A program made the translations under genes and the position numbers. Positions 8,947-17,882 of a stretch of DNA of 64,000 nucleotides are shown piece after piece. The notes beneath the pieces were generated by a model. It made no database searches, was not told the DNA's origin, and saw nothing but the letters and a program-made list of their open reading frames with translations. The DNA lies in assembly GCA_030648515.1 (NCBI GenBank), contig JAUSHK010000003.1, positions 44,710 to 108,709 on the forward strand, written 5' to 3'. Source of the DNA: Candidatus Jorgensenbacteria bacterium (lineage in GTDB: Bacteria > Patescibacteriota > Minisyncoccia > UBA6257 > GWB1-50-10). Position 1 is the first letter of the stretch; each line of letters begins with the position of its first letter.

Positions 8947-10301
8947 TATAACATCACTGTTTCTCCCGCAGAAGGAATTTCTGTTTTAATGCCGAACGTG
9001 CTCGTAACTTTTTCCGAAAACGGCCGCGCTTCATCGTCTTCGCCCTGTACCACAAAAACTTTTTTAAGGGTTTTCTTCATCGGTTCAAGCCACTTCAAAA
9101 GCTGGGGCTGGTCCGCGTGCGCGGAATATCCTCCTATTGCTACTACGTGCGCCCGCACCGGAACTTCTTCGCCGCGGATATGAACCATCTTCGCGTCGTC
9201 TAAAATGTTTCTGCCAAGCGACCCTCGCGCCTGATACCCGACAAAGAGAATCGTGCTTTTGGAATCGGGAAGATATCTGAGCTCGTGGTGCAATATGCGC
9301 CCGCCGTTCGACATCCCCGCTCCGGCGATGATTACCTTCGGCACTGGAACGTCGTTGATTGCCTTGGATTCCTCGGTCGTGAGCGTCATCTTGAGTCCGG
9401 GAAAATTAAAAATAAAATCTCCGCGCTTCGCCTGTTCTATGGCGCCAGCGCTGAAATAGACCGGATCGCGCGAATATTTTTGGTAAACAGCGGTAAGTTT
9501 TATCGCGAGCGGGCTGTCAATAAAAACCGGCACGCGATGAACCTGTCCGCTTTCAACAAGACTGTTGAATTCGTAGATAAGTTCCTGAGCACGCTCAAGC
9601 GCGAAAGCGGGAATCATAAGAACGCCGCCGTTTTTAATTGTTTCCGTGATGGTTTTCCGAAGCGCGGTCTTGCGTGTATCGCCGCCTTCGTGCACGCGGT
9701 TTCCGTACGTTGATTCAATGAGCGCGTAGTCCGCGTCCGTAATATAATCCGTGCCGGTAATAAACGGCGTCGGCAGATTTCCAAGATCGCCGCTAAACAC
9801 CACGCGTTTTCCTTCCGCGGAAACAACGATTGAACTTGAACCAAGAATATGGCCCGCGTTATAGAACTCAATAATGAACGGCCCAATCTTCACCGGTTCG
9901 CGATACGGGACTCCTTCCCAAAGACCACAAACTCGGTCAACGTCCGGAGTATCATAGAGCGCCGCCTCATCGCATTTCGCCGCATCTTCAAGAAGAACGT
10001 GTTCGGAATCAAGAAGAAGCGACTCGGCAAAGTCGCGCGTCGGAGGAGTTGAAATAACGCGCCCGCGAAATCCGAATTTCGTAAGCTGCGGAAGCCGTCC
10101 TGTGTGGTCAATGTGCGCGTGCGTTACAAATACCGCTTCAATTTCCTTCGGGTCGTATGGGAATGGCTTAAAATTCGGCGATTCGCAGATGCGGCCGCCT
10201 TGGTGAAGCCCGCAATCTATCATAATTTTTGTGCCACCAGATTCTAAAAGATAATTTGAGCCGGTAACCTCTCCCGCTCCGCCGTAAAATGTGAGCTTCA
10301 T
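8946..10301 (-). CDS. MBL-fold beta-CASP ribonuclease (RNase J / CPSF-like)
   Basis: HxHxDH motif (VTHAHIDHTG), beta-CASP region, C-terminal RNA-metabolising MBL motifs (GYSAHAD). Confidence 0.7.
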   Translation of the reverse strand: MKLTFYGGAGEVTGSNYLLESGGTKIMIDCGLHQGGRICESPNFKPFPYDPKEIEAVFVTHAHIDHTGRLPQLTKFGFRGRVISTPPTRDFAESLLLDSEHVLLEDAAKCDEAALYDTPDVDRVCGLWEGVPYREPVKIGPFIIEFYNAGHILGSSSIVVSAEGKRVVFSGDLGNLPTPFITGTDYITDADYALIESTYGNRVHEGGDTRKTALRKTITETIKNGGVLMIPAFALERAQELIYEFNSLVESGQVHRVPVFIDSPLAIKLTAVYQKYSRDPVYFSAGAIEQAKRGDFIFNFPGLKMTLTTEESKAINDVPVPKVIIAGAGMSNGGRILHHELRYLPDSKSTILFVGYQARGSLGRNILDDAKMVHIRGEEVPVRAHVVAIGGYSAHADQPQLLKWLEPMKKTLKKVFVVQGEDDEARPFSEKVTSTFGIKTEIPSAGETVML

Positions 10302-10418
10302 ATATGTCTAGTATACCAGTACGCATATAACTCATCATAAATTGACTTTTTAAAATAATGTGGCATGTTTAGTATTAGTTATTAATAATAAAAACACTAA
10401 GAGAAAGGAGCGTCCGCT

Positions 10419-10760
10419 ATGGAGGAACCTCTTAAGAAGTTTAGTGGCACATGGCAGAGTGAGAAGACAAAAGAAGTTCGGGGGTTTGCTAAAAGCGACC
10501 TCCAATTTAAGGTGCTTATTCTTGGGCTTTTTAATAAAGAATTCAGAGAAAGAAGAATAAGAATAAAAGTCTCGCCATTTAATGATGATGACTTCACTCT
10601 CATGGAAGTTGGGATCGAATCAGGGGAAGAAATTCCGGAGAAACCGGAGGTTTACTTTACGGGAGAAGAATTAAGAAAGTTTTCCCTGAAACTGAAATTA
10701 CAAAATCCTCCGCGAGAGAAAGGAATAGTCGTCGGTCGTCTTCCTTATAGAGACGATTAA
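10419..10760 (+). CDS. hypothetical protein
   Basis: 113-aa ORF with AAAGGAG RBS 8 nt upstream; followed by bidirectional terminator. Confidence 0.35.
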   Translation: MEEPLKKFSGTWQSEKTKEVRGFAKSDLQFKVLILGLFNKEFRERRIRIKVSPFNDDDFTLMEVGIESGEEIPEKPEVYFTGEELRKFSLKLKLQNPPREKGIVVGRLPYRDD

Positions 10761-10771
10761 TAAATCAAAAT

Positions 10772-10814
10772 AAAAAACCCTTGAGCTATCTAGTTCAAGG
10801 GTCTTAATTTTTTT
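10772..10814. terminator. bidirectional rho-independent terminator between convergent genes
   Basis: stem cccttga/tcaaggg flanked by A-run and T-run. Confidence 0.6.
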
Positions 10815-12028
10815 AGCTCTTCCTCAAAAACTCCCCGCTCATTCCAGGGAACTGTTTCTCCGTTTGCTATATGAATTGACGATTCGCTTCCCTTTCCGGT
10901 TGCAATCACGACATCGCCTGCGTGCGCGAGCGAGAGTGCTTTTCTAATTGCTTCTATGCGGTCAATAATTTCACAAACACTTGATTTAAGAAAATCTGGC
11001 GAGATACCGGAACGAATTTGCGAAATAATCTCCGTCGGATTTTCGTCATACGGGTCTTCATTTGTAAGAATTATAGTGTCGCATTTTTCGGATGCGATTT
11101 TTCCCATCTCCGGCCGTTTCCATTTATCGCGTCCCCCGCCAGCGCAGCCCAAAATACAAATCATCCGTCCGGAAGGAGTTTTATAATCTTTTCGTAAAGC
11201 GTCATATACGGCCAAAAGCGAATCCGGCGTGTGCGCATAATCAACTACAACCGCAAATGGTTCGCGCTGGATTATATCTAACCGCCCGGGTACGCCATTA
11301 AATGCCGCGAGCGCGTGTTCAACCGTCGGCCACTCAATTTTCAAAATTTGCGCGAGCGCGAACGCCGCCGACGCATTTTCAATATTAAAATCAGCCGAGA
11401 GCCAATTTCCAAGCAATTCTTTTTTCCCTTTAAGCTTTTCAGAGAGAAACTTGTTTTTGCTGAAATATATGACATCGCTCCCCTCCTTGTCTTTCACGAT
11501 GTCCAAAAAATACGCGTAGTTGCAATCTTCCGTATTAATGATGAAATACTTACGCAACTTCGGCGAATTAAGAACACTTCTAAAAAATTCAAGCTTTGCG
11601 CCGCGATATTCTTGAAACGACCCGTGTGCTTCAATATGTTCCGGCGCAATGTTTAAAAACGCCGCGACGTCCCACGCGATAAACTGGTGTCGATGCTGGA
11701 GTACGCCCTGCGAGCTCACCTCAATCAGCGCGTGCGTGCAGTGGGCATTCACGGCATCGCGCAAAAATTTCTGAATCGCGAACCTCCCCGGCATGGTGTT
11801 TCCCGCGGAGTTTCTCACTGATTTTTCTCCTACCTTCCGCCGCACCGTGGACAAGAGGGCGGTCTTTTTTTCTGACGCTTCAAGAACCGCGTTCATAAGC
11901 TCAAGCGTGGTGGACTTGCCTTTCGTCCCTGTCACGCCGATAACAAAAAGTTTTCTGCTTGGAAACCCGTACAGAATGTTTCCAAAAAACGCCCAGCACC
12001 AATGGTAGATAGAAAATAGGATATTCAT
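10790..12028 (-). CDS. Mur ligase family protein, MurE-like (lacks usual N-terminal domain)
   Basis: GVTGTKGKSTT P-loop, IAPEHIEAHGSFQEY, C-terminal Mur ligase domain. Confidence 0.6.
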   Translation of the reverse strand: MNILFSIYHWCWAFFGNILYGFPSRKLFVIGVTGTKGKSTTLELMNAVLEASEKKTALLSTVRRKVGEKSVRNSAGNTMPGRFAIQKFLRDAVNAHCTHALIEVSSQGVLQHRHQFIAWDVAAFLNIAPEHIEAHGSFQEYRGAKLEFFRSVLNSPKLRKYFIINTEDCNYAYFLDIVKDKEGSDVIYFSKNKFLSEKLKGKKELLGNWLSADFNIENASAAFALAQILKIEWPTVEHALAAFNGVPGRLDIIQREPFAVVVDYAHTPDSLLAVYDALRKDYKTPSGRMICILGCAGGGRDKWKRPEMGKIASEKCDTIILTNEDPYDENPTEIISQIRSGISPDFLKSSVCEIIDRIEAIRKALSLAHAGDVVIATGKGSESSIHIANGETVPWNERGVFEEELKKLRPLN

Positions 12029-12034
12029 AGTATC

Positions 12035-12619
12035 TTATCGCGTCGCGCGCCCGAGCTCTTTAAGCGCCGCTTTAAGCCGCGCCTCCATGCCCGTTACATC
12101 TTTCGACAAACGATCAACAACGCCGCGGATTTGGCCGCGCGCGTAACCGAGATTAAGAAGCACTTCCTCAACCTCGCGGTTTTGATCAGCTTGTTTTGTT
12201 ATCATTTCGGCGCCCGAGAGATGCAGTTTGCTTTGAAGTTCGAGTATCACCCGTTCCGCGGTTTTCTTCCCGATACCTGACGCGCGCGTAAGTAAATCAG
12301 CCCGCTTTTCAATGATCGCCGCGATGATGTTTGGCACGCTATCTATATCAAGCACGCCGAGCGCGGTTCTTGGCCCGACGCCTCCGACGGTATTTAAAAG
12401 CTCAAAAAGTTTGAGTGACTCTTCTTCCAAAAATCCGAACAAATCCTGCCGTTCTTCGCGGATAAAAAGCGATGTAAAAACTAAAATTTCCGAACCAAGT
12501 TCAGGAAGTCGCGTTAGTGTCCGCTCGCCAGCCGTTACTTTATATCCAACACCGTTGCATTCCACCACAAAAAACGTCGGCGTCCGCTCAGTAAGTTTTC
12601 CCCGAAGGGTGTGAATCAT
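12035..12619 (-). CDS. ruvA: Holliday junction DNA helicase RuvA
   Basis: N-terminal OB domain MIHTLRGKL..VVECNGVGYKV, HhH domain, C-terminal domain III. Confidence 0.85.
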   Translation of the reverse strand: MIHTLRGKLTERTPTFFVVECNGVGYKVTAGERTLTRLPELGSEILVFTSLFIREERQDLFGFLEEESLKLFELLNTVGGVGPRTALGVLDIDSVPNIIAAIIEKRADLLTRASGIGKKTAERVILELQSKLHLSGAEMITKQADQNREVEEVLLNLGYARGQIRGVVDRLSKDVTGMEARLKAALKELGRATR

Positions 12620-12686
12620 TCACGCTCAAGTATAACTCGAAGATTGACAAAAAAACAGCCGTGCCTTATTCTTTACTTCACAATAT

Positions 12687-12941
12687 ATGCCTAAAATACA
12701 AAGCGCAAAGAAAGCTCTTCGGCAAAACCGCCGGAGAAATGCGCAAAACCTCGGGCGCGACAAAATAATGAAAGACGCAATCCGCGCCTTCAAAAAACTC
12801 ATTTTGGCGAAAAAAGAACCCGAGGCGCGTGAACAGCTCAAAAAAGTTTATAAAGTTCTGGACAAGATGGCAAAAGTTGATTTTATTAAAAAGGGTAAGG
12901 CGAGCCGCCTCAAATCCCGCCTCGCAAAGAAATTAGGATAG
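12687..12941 (+). CDS. rpsT: 30S ribosomal protein S20
   Basis: MPKIQSAKKALRQNRRRNAQN.. characteristic basic S20 sequence. Confidence 0.85.
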   Translation: MPKIQSAKKALRQNRRRNAQNLGRDKIMKDAIRAFKKLILAKKEPEAREQLKKVYKVLDKMAKVDFIKKGKASRLKSRLAKKLG

Positions 12942-12943
12942 AA

Positions 12944-12976
12944 ATAAAAATCCGGCAGTTGCCGGATTTTTATTTC
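12944..12976. terminator. rho-independent terminator after rpsT (convergent with holA)
   Basis: stem atccggc/gccggat, loop agtt, flanking A- and T-runs. Confidence 0.65.
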
Positions 12977-13794
12977 AGTACGAACGCAAGAAGCGCCTCC
13001 TCATACTCCAATCCCCCGCTTTTTATGGAAACATCGTAGTCTGCGAGGCGAACGGCGTCCGCGCCGTGCACTTGGTACGCAAGCGAGTTAAAGATGTGCG
13101 CGCCCGCTTCTCGCTGGAGAAACATCCGTTCAAGCATGATAATTTTCTGTCTCCAATCTCCATATCCTGCCTGCGCAGGCGGGCCAGTAAGCTGTCTCGT
13201 GATATGGAAAACCTCATCGCGCGAGAACCATTTGATCACCGACCGTACATCGCTTAGTGAAATCGGTTGATTAAAATTCGCGAGTTCAAGTTTTAGAAGT
13301 TCCGCCATTCCGGCGCCAACACTCTCGCCCCCATTTGCGAATCCCGCAAAAAACCGCCATGCATCGGGCGCAAATGATAATCCACGCGCCTTTGCTTCTT
13401 TATAGAAAAACGCTTCGCGCATCTTGCTCTCTAGCGCCGGAAATTCCTGCGAGACCGCCGGCTTCGCGAGGAGAAACGAAAATGCTTTTACCGGTTTTTT
13501 ACACGAATCAGAAATCAGAATAAACGTCTTCGGGGTTTCCAAATGCGACTTCAAAACTTTAATCCACTCTTTTCCATCAACTGATGTCGCCTCGCGCACA
13601 AGCGCAATTTTCGCGTCCGTAAACATTGAGGGCTGGCTCAAAAAATCCCGCACTGTTTTCCAGTCGTCAGGATTACTCTCCAAATCAACGGAGCACACAT
13701 CCATCGCCGGATGCTTCCCGCGATATTGAGAAAAAAGCTCTTTGAATTTTTCAGTCCGCCGGTACCAATCCGGCCCATAGAGATAAATAACCAT
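12970..13794 (-). CDS. holA: DNA polymerase III delta subunit (HolA)-like; start placed at internal Met (track ORF extends to 13893)
   Basis: MVIYLYGPD N-terminus typical of HolA; upstream extension overlaps lipoprotein gene so shorter start preferred. Confidence 0.5.
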   Translation of the reverse strand: MVIYLYGPDWYRRTEKFKELFSQYRGKHPAMDVCSVDLESNPDDWKTVRDFLSQPSMFTDAKIALVREATSVDGKEWIKVLKSHLETPKTFILISDSCKKPVKAFSFLLAKPAVSQEFPALESKMREAFFYKEAKARGLSFAPDAWRFFAGFANGGESVGAGMAELLKLELANFNQPISLSDVRSVIKWFSRDEVFHITRQLTGPPAQAGYGDWRQKIIMLERMFLQREAGAHIFNSLAYQVHGADAVRLADYDVSIKSGGLEYEEALLAFVLK

Positions 13795-13874
13795 TACAAA
13801 AAAGTATACCCCAAACGAAAAGGCCCCGCACATAAAGCGCGGGGCAGTAAAAATTTTGATAAACCGGAATGGGC

Positions 13875-14330
13875 TTACCGGAACTGGAACCATTCTTCTG
13901 CCGACCCTCCGTTCGATTCCAAAACCCAGGATTCATCATTGGTCCCCGAGGAGCCTTCATTAAAACTCCATTGCCGGCTTGCGCTCCGAATTATCTTCCC
14001 TGCTGGGACACCATTCGGCACGGCAGTTATAGTCGTCGAATGATAACCATTCGTCATATTCCGCATCCAGCCGCGCGCGACGATTGTAAAATATTCGCCG
14101 GCCATCACCTCAGTCGGTGGAGAAAGCTCAACTCCTTGAAGCGTTCCGGGATCAATGATTACCGGATGTCTGGTCATATTTCGGATTTTCACACCAGCAA
14201 GAAACATGGGACCACGACGAACCACCATATACTCAATGTCCGAGGTTCTAATTTCGTACGTGGTGCCACAACCTCCGATAAAAAACACAACAAACATGGC
14301 GATACTTATTACTAAAAGTAATTTTTTCAT
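13875..14330 (-). CDS. hypothetical lipoprotein
   Basis: Signal peptide with lipobox-like FIGGC, 151 aa. Confidence 0.45.
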   Translation of the reverse strand: MKKLLLVISIAMFVVFFIGGCGTTYEIRTSDIEYMVVRRGPMFLAGVKIRNMTRHPVIIDPGTLQGVELSPPTEVMAGEYFTIVARGWMRNMTNGYHSTTITAVPNGVPAGKIIRSASRQWSFNEGSSGTNDESWVLESNGGSAEEWFQFR

Positions 14331-14429
14331 AACACACCTCTAAAAAGATCGAGTTATTTACCACTTAATTATTTAAAGTTTCTACCACAATTGTACCACC
14401 AAAGACACCGTTTGTCAAACTGTCAAAAG

Positions 14430-14470
14430 TTCTCTTGTGCGCCCCATAGAAACCTCTTATAATTCAAAAA
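14430..14470 (+). promoter_or_regulatory. putative pilB promoter; TATAAT -10 at 14455..14460 only ~10 nt before ATG (near-leaderless)
   Basis: perfect TATAAT hexamer, weak -35 (TTGtgc) 17 nt upstream, no SD before ATG at 14471. Confidence 0.4.
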
Positions 14471-16150
14471 ATGCCGATTTCAAAATACATTGACGCGCAG
14501 CTTCTAGCACAGCGAAAAATCGCCGAGGAAAACGACGCGAAGCGTCGTGCTGATCAGCTTGGCCTACCCTATTTAGACCTCGTCTCAACGAAGGTCCCAA
14601 CTGAAATTGACGCTATGAAGCTTGTGCCAGAAGAAGACGCGAAGAAAGCACTTCTCGCCCCGCTTCAGCTTATCGGCAAAAAACTCGTGATAGCCGTTTT
14701 TAATCCTGCGGCGCCTACGGCAAAACAAATTCTTGATTCGCTCGCGCAAAATTACGAAGTGCACGCGGTTGTCGCCTCGCGAGCCGGCCTCGCTCACGCG
14801 TGGAGTTATTACCAGTATGTGCAAACCGAAGCAAAAGACATTGCCGGCAAAGTAGAAATTGACGAAACAAATCTGCAAGGCATCACCGCTTCAATTAAAA
14901 GTCTGGACGATGTCCGCGCCGCGATTCAAAATTTCAAAAGCCCGTACGTTTCCCAAATGCTTGAAATTATTTTGGGCGGCGCGCTTGCGCTCAAAGCGTC
15001 TGATATTCACCTTGAACCAAAGGAAGACACGGGGCTTCTCCGCCTTCGTGTTGACGGCATGCTTCATCCGGCATACGAATCATTTTCAAAAACGACCTAT
15101 CACTCAATAATCACGCGCATCAAACTGCTTTCAAACGTAAAATTAAATTTAACTGATCGTCCGCAGGACGGGCGCTTCACAATCGGTCTTAAAGACCGCG
15201 ATATTGAAATCCGTGCCTCACTCATTCCATCGGAATACGGCGAAACAGCGGTGCTCCGCCTCCTAGACCCGCTCTCGCTCAAGGTAAAGCTTGAGGAATT
15301 AGGATGGCGATCGGACGATCTCGAAATTGTAAGGAAAGAAATTGAGAAACCGAACGGGCTCATTTTAAACACCGGCCCCACCGGTTCCGGGAAAACAACG
15401 ACGCTTTACGCGTTTTTGAAACACGTCGTCACGCCTGAAATTAAAGTCATCACTGTTGAGGACCCGATTGAGTACCACTTAGATGGCGTGTCGCAAACAC
15501 AAGTAGACCCGGAAGCTGGCTATACGTTTGCTTCGGGCCTGCGGTCAATCCTACGGCAGGATCCTGACGTGATTCTCGTCGGCGAAATTCGCGACGCGGA
15601 AACCGCCGAGATTGCGATGAATGCGGCGCTCACGGGCCACATGGTATTTTCAACACTTCACACGAATGATGCCGTTGGCGCCATCCCCCGTCTTATAGAT
15701 CTCGGCGCAAAACCGCAGGTAATCGGCCCGGCAGTAAGTTTAATTATTGCCCAGCGTCTTGTGCGCGTTTTGTGCCCGCACTGCAAAGAAAAAATGGAAG
15801 TAAGCGCGGTGGCGAAGAAAAAAATTGAGGAGTTTCTCTCCTCATTGCCGAAGCGAGTGAACAGCGACGGGTATAAAACAATTACCATGGCGAAACCAAA
15901 GGGGTGTGAAAAATGCGGCGGCTTAGGATACCGCGGACGAACATCAATTTTTGAATTATTTGAAGTGACTGAAAATATAGAACAGGCAATTTATCAAAAT
16001 CCGAACGAGATTGAGCTTAAGGTATTGGCAAAGAAACAAGGGATGACTACAATGCAGGAAGATGGAGTGTTAAAAATACTCCAAGGGATTACAAGCAAGG
16101 AGGAGGTGGAGCGGGCAACGGGCCCGATTGAGTGGCTAGTCCTGAGCTAG
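14471..16150 (+). CDS. pilB: type IV pilus assembly / type II secretion ATPase PilB/GspE
   Basis: Walker A GPTGSGKTTT, Asp/His boxes, tetracysteine CPHC..CEKCGG zinc motif. Confidence 0.85.
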   Translation: MPISKYIDAQLLAQRKIAEENDAKRRADQLGLPYLDLVSTKVPTEIDAMKLVPEEDAKKALLAPLQLIGKKLVIAVFNPAAPTAKQILDSLAQNYEVHAVVASRAGLAHAWSYYQYVQTEAKDIAGKVEIDETNLQGITASIKSLDDVRAAIQNFKSPYVSQMLEIILGGALALKASDIHLEPKEDTGLLRLRVDGMLHPAYESFSKTTYHSIITRIKLLSNVKLNLTDRPQDGRFTIGLKDRDIEIRASLIPSEYGETAVLRLLDPLSLKVKLEELGWRSDDLEIVRKEIEKPNGLILNTGPTGSGKTTTLYAFLKHVVTPEIKVITVEDPIEYHLDGVSQTQVDPEAGYTFASGLRSILRQDPDVILVGEIRDAETAEIAMNAALTGHMVFSTLHTNDAVGAIPRLIDLGAKPQVIGPAVSLIIAQRLVRVLCPHCKEKMEVSAVAKKKIEEFLSSLPKRVNSDGYKTITMAKPKGCEKCGGLGYRGRTSIFELFEVTENIEQAIYQNPNEIELKVLAKKQGMTTMQEDGVLKILQGITSKEEVERATGPIEWLVLS

Positions 16151-16417
16151 GTTGAGGGGTTAACCCTGAGCTTAAGCCTAAGGACTTAAGTGTAATCGCA
16201 GGCTGAGATCTGTGGGCATCAAATTGCCAGAGCAGGCAAATTAAAAAACTTTCCCGAACAAGTTCAGAAAAGAAGAGGCCTTTCCGAGGATATTTCCAGC
16301 CAAAACCAGAAAGTCCTGTACATAAGAAAGAATCCCTGTGCCCACAGGTCCCAACCCCCGATTCAACGCTCTAATGGGGGATGTTAGCATAATAGAAAGG
16401 ATTTGTCAATATAGCTT

Positions 16418-17422
16418 ATGGACCCGCTCACAAAGCCAAAAACACAGCCAGACGAGATAAATCTCGAGCTAACCCTGCGTCCGACGACGTGGGAAGAGTA
16501 TATCGGCCAGGAAAAGGTCAAAACAAACCTCCGGCTTATTATTGAGGCAGCAAAAGGGCGCAAGGAAACCTGCGACCACATCTTATTCTACGGCCAGCCG
16601 GGGCTCGGAAAAACCACACTCGCCTATCTGATTGGAAAAGAGATGGGCGTCACGGTTCGCTCAACCTCCGGTCCCGCGCTTGAAAAAGCCGGCGACGTTG
16701 CCGCGCTTCTCACGAATCTCGAACCGCACGAAATTCTCTTTATTGATGAGGCGCATCGCATCAATAAGCTCGTTGAAGAAATTCTTTATCCCGCGATGGA
16801 AAGCCGCAAGCTTCACCTTATCGTCGGAAAGGGCCCGTCGGCGCGCACATTCTCGCTTGACCTGCCGCCATTCACAATCGTCGCGGCAACAACGAAAGCA
16901 AACATGTTATCGTCTCCCCTGCGCTCGCGTTTCGGCGCGACGTTTCACCTTGATTATTACGAACCAAAAGATATTGAGAAAATTTTAGCGCGGTCGGCGC
17001 GGCTCTTGGGCGTTCAGGTTACCAAAGAGGCGCTCGCGAAACTTGCCGCCGCGGCGCGCTTCACTCCGCGCATCGCAAACAGGCTTTTAAAACGCGCGCG
17101 CGACTACGCGCAGGTTTATCAAAACAATAAAGTTGATGAAGTGGTCGCTCAAAAAACTTTAGAGATGCTTGAGATTGACGAGCTCGGGCTTGAACACACT
17201 GATCGCGAATTGCTTCTCGCTATTATCAAAAAATTTAACGGCGGCCCGGTTGGGCTTAATGCTTTGGGCGCCGCTTTAAATGAGGAGGTTGGCACCATTG
17301 AAGACGTCTACGAACCGTTTTTAATGAAGCTCGGCCTTCTCCACCGGAGTCCAACGGGCCGCGTCGCAACGCAAAACGCGTATGAGCATCTTAACGTTCA
17401 AAAGAAATCCTCGCTTGTTTAA
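16418..17422 (+). CDS. ruvB: Holliday junction branch-migration helicase RuvB
   Basis: LRP..EYIGQEKVK..., Walker A GQPGLGKTTLA, typical RuvB length. Confidence 0.9.
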   Translation: MDPLTKPKTQPDEINLELTLRPTTWEEYIGQEKVKTNLRLIIEAAKGRKETCDHILFYGQPGLGKTTLAYLIGKEMGVTVRSTSGPALEKAGDVAALLTNLEPHEILFIDEAHRINKLVEEILYPAMESRKLHLIVGKGPSARTFSLDLPPFTIVAATTKANMLSSPLRSRFGATFHLDYYEPKDIEKILARSARLLGVQVTKEALAKLAAAARFTPRIANRLLKRARDYAQVYQNNKVDEVVAQKTLEMLEIDELGLEHTDRELLLAIIKKFNGGPVGLNALGAALNEEVGTIEDVYEPFLMKLGLLHRSPTGRVATQNAYEHLNVQKKSSLV

Positions 17423-17882
17423 AATCAGATTCGCGAGCGGCTCAGCGGGAAAAACGCGAAAATTAGGCGAAGCGTTAGGCGCGGAACTTCGTAAGGGGTT
17501 TCCTAAAAGCCGGCGCGGAATTATTATCCGCCTCAAGGGCAATCTCGGCTCGGGCAAAACAACATTCATCCAGGGCATAGCGCGAGGGCTCGGACTGAGG
17601 CACCGGATCGTTAGCCCGACGTTTCTTCTCATGCGCGTCTATCCGTTTACAAAACAGGGCAGGAGCAAGAAACTGCTTCACATTGATGCGTACCGCATCG
17701 CGACAAAAAAGGACGCGGCGATACTTGAAAATAAAAAGTTTTTTGAAAATCCATTGCACATAATTGTCGTTGAATGGCCAGAGCGCATCCCCGCCCTCGT
17801 GCGCGGCCCGGCAATCCAAATTAATTTCCTGCATGGCGCGCGGGAGAATGAACGGAGTATTATTATACAAACGAAACCGTGA
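17382..17882 (+). CDS. tsaE: tRNA t6A37 biosynthesis ATPase TsaE (YjeE)
   Basis: GNLGSGKTTFIQGIARGLG P-loop and SPTF motif; overlaps ruvB 3' end. Confidence 0.75.
   Translation: MSILTFKRNPRLFKIRFASGSAGKTRKLGEALGAELRKGFPKSRRGIIIRLKGNLGSGKTTFIQGIARGLGLRHRIVSPTFLLMRVYPFTKQGRSKKLLHIDAYRIATKKDAAILENKKFFENPLHIIVVEWPERIPALVRGPAIQINFLHGARENERSIIIQTKP

Noticed and set aside
13795-13893. N-terminal 33-aa extension of the holA ORF in the track
   Set aside because: Extension overlaps the lipoprotein gene 13875..14330. The conserved HolA N-terminus (MVIYLYGPD) begins at the internal Met.
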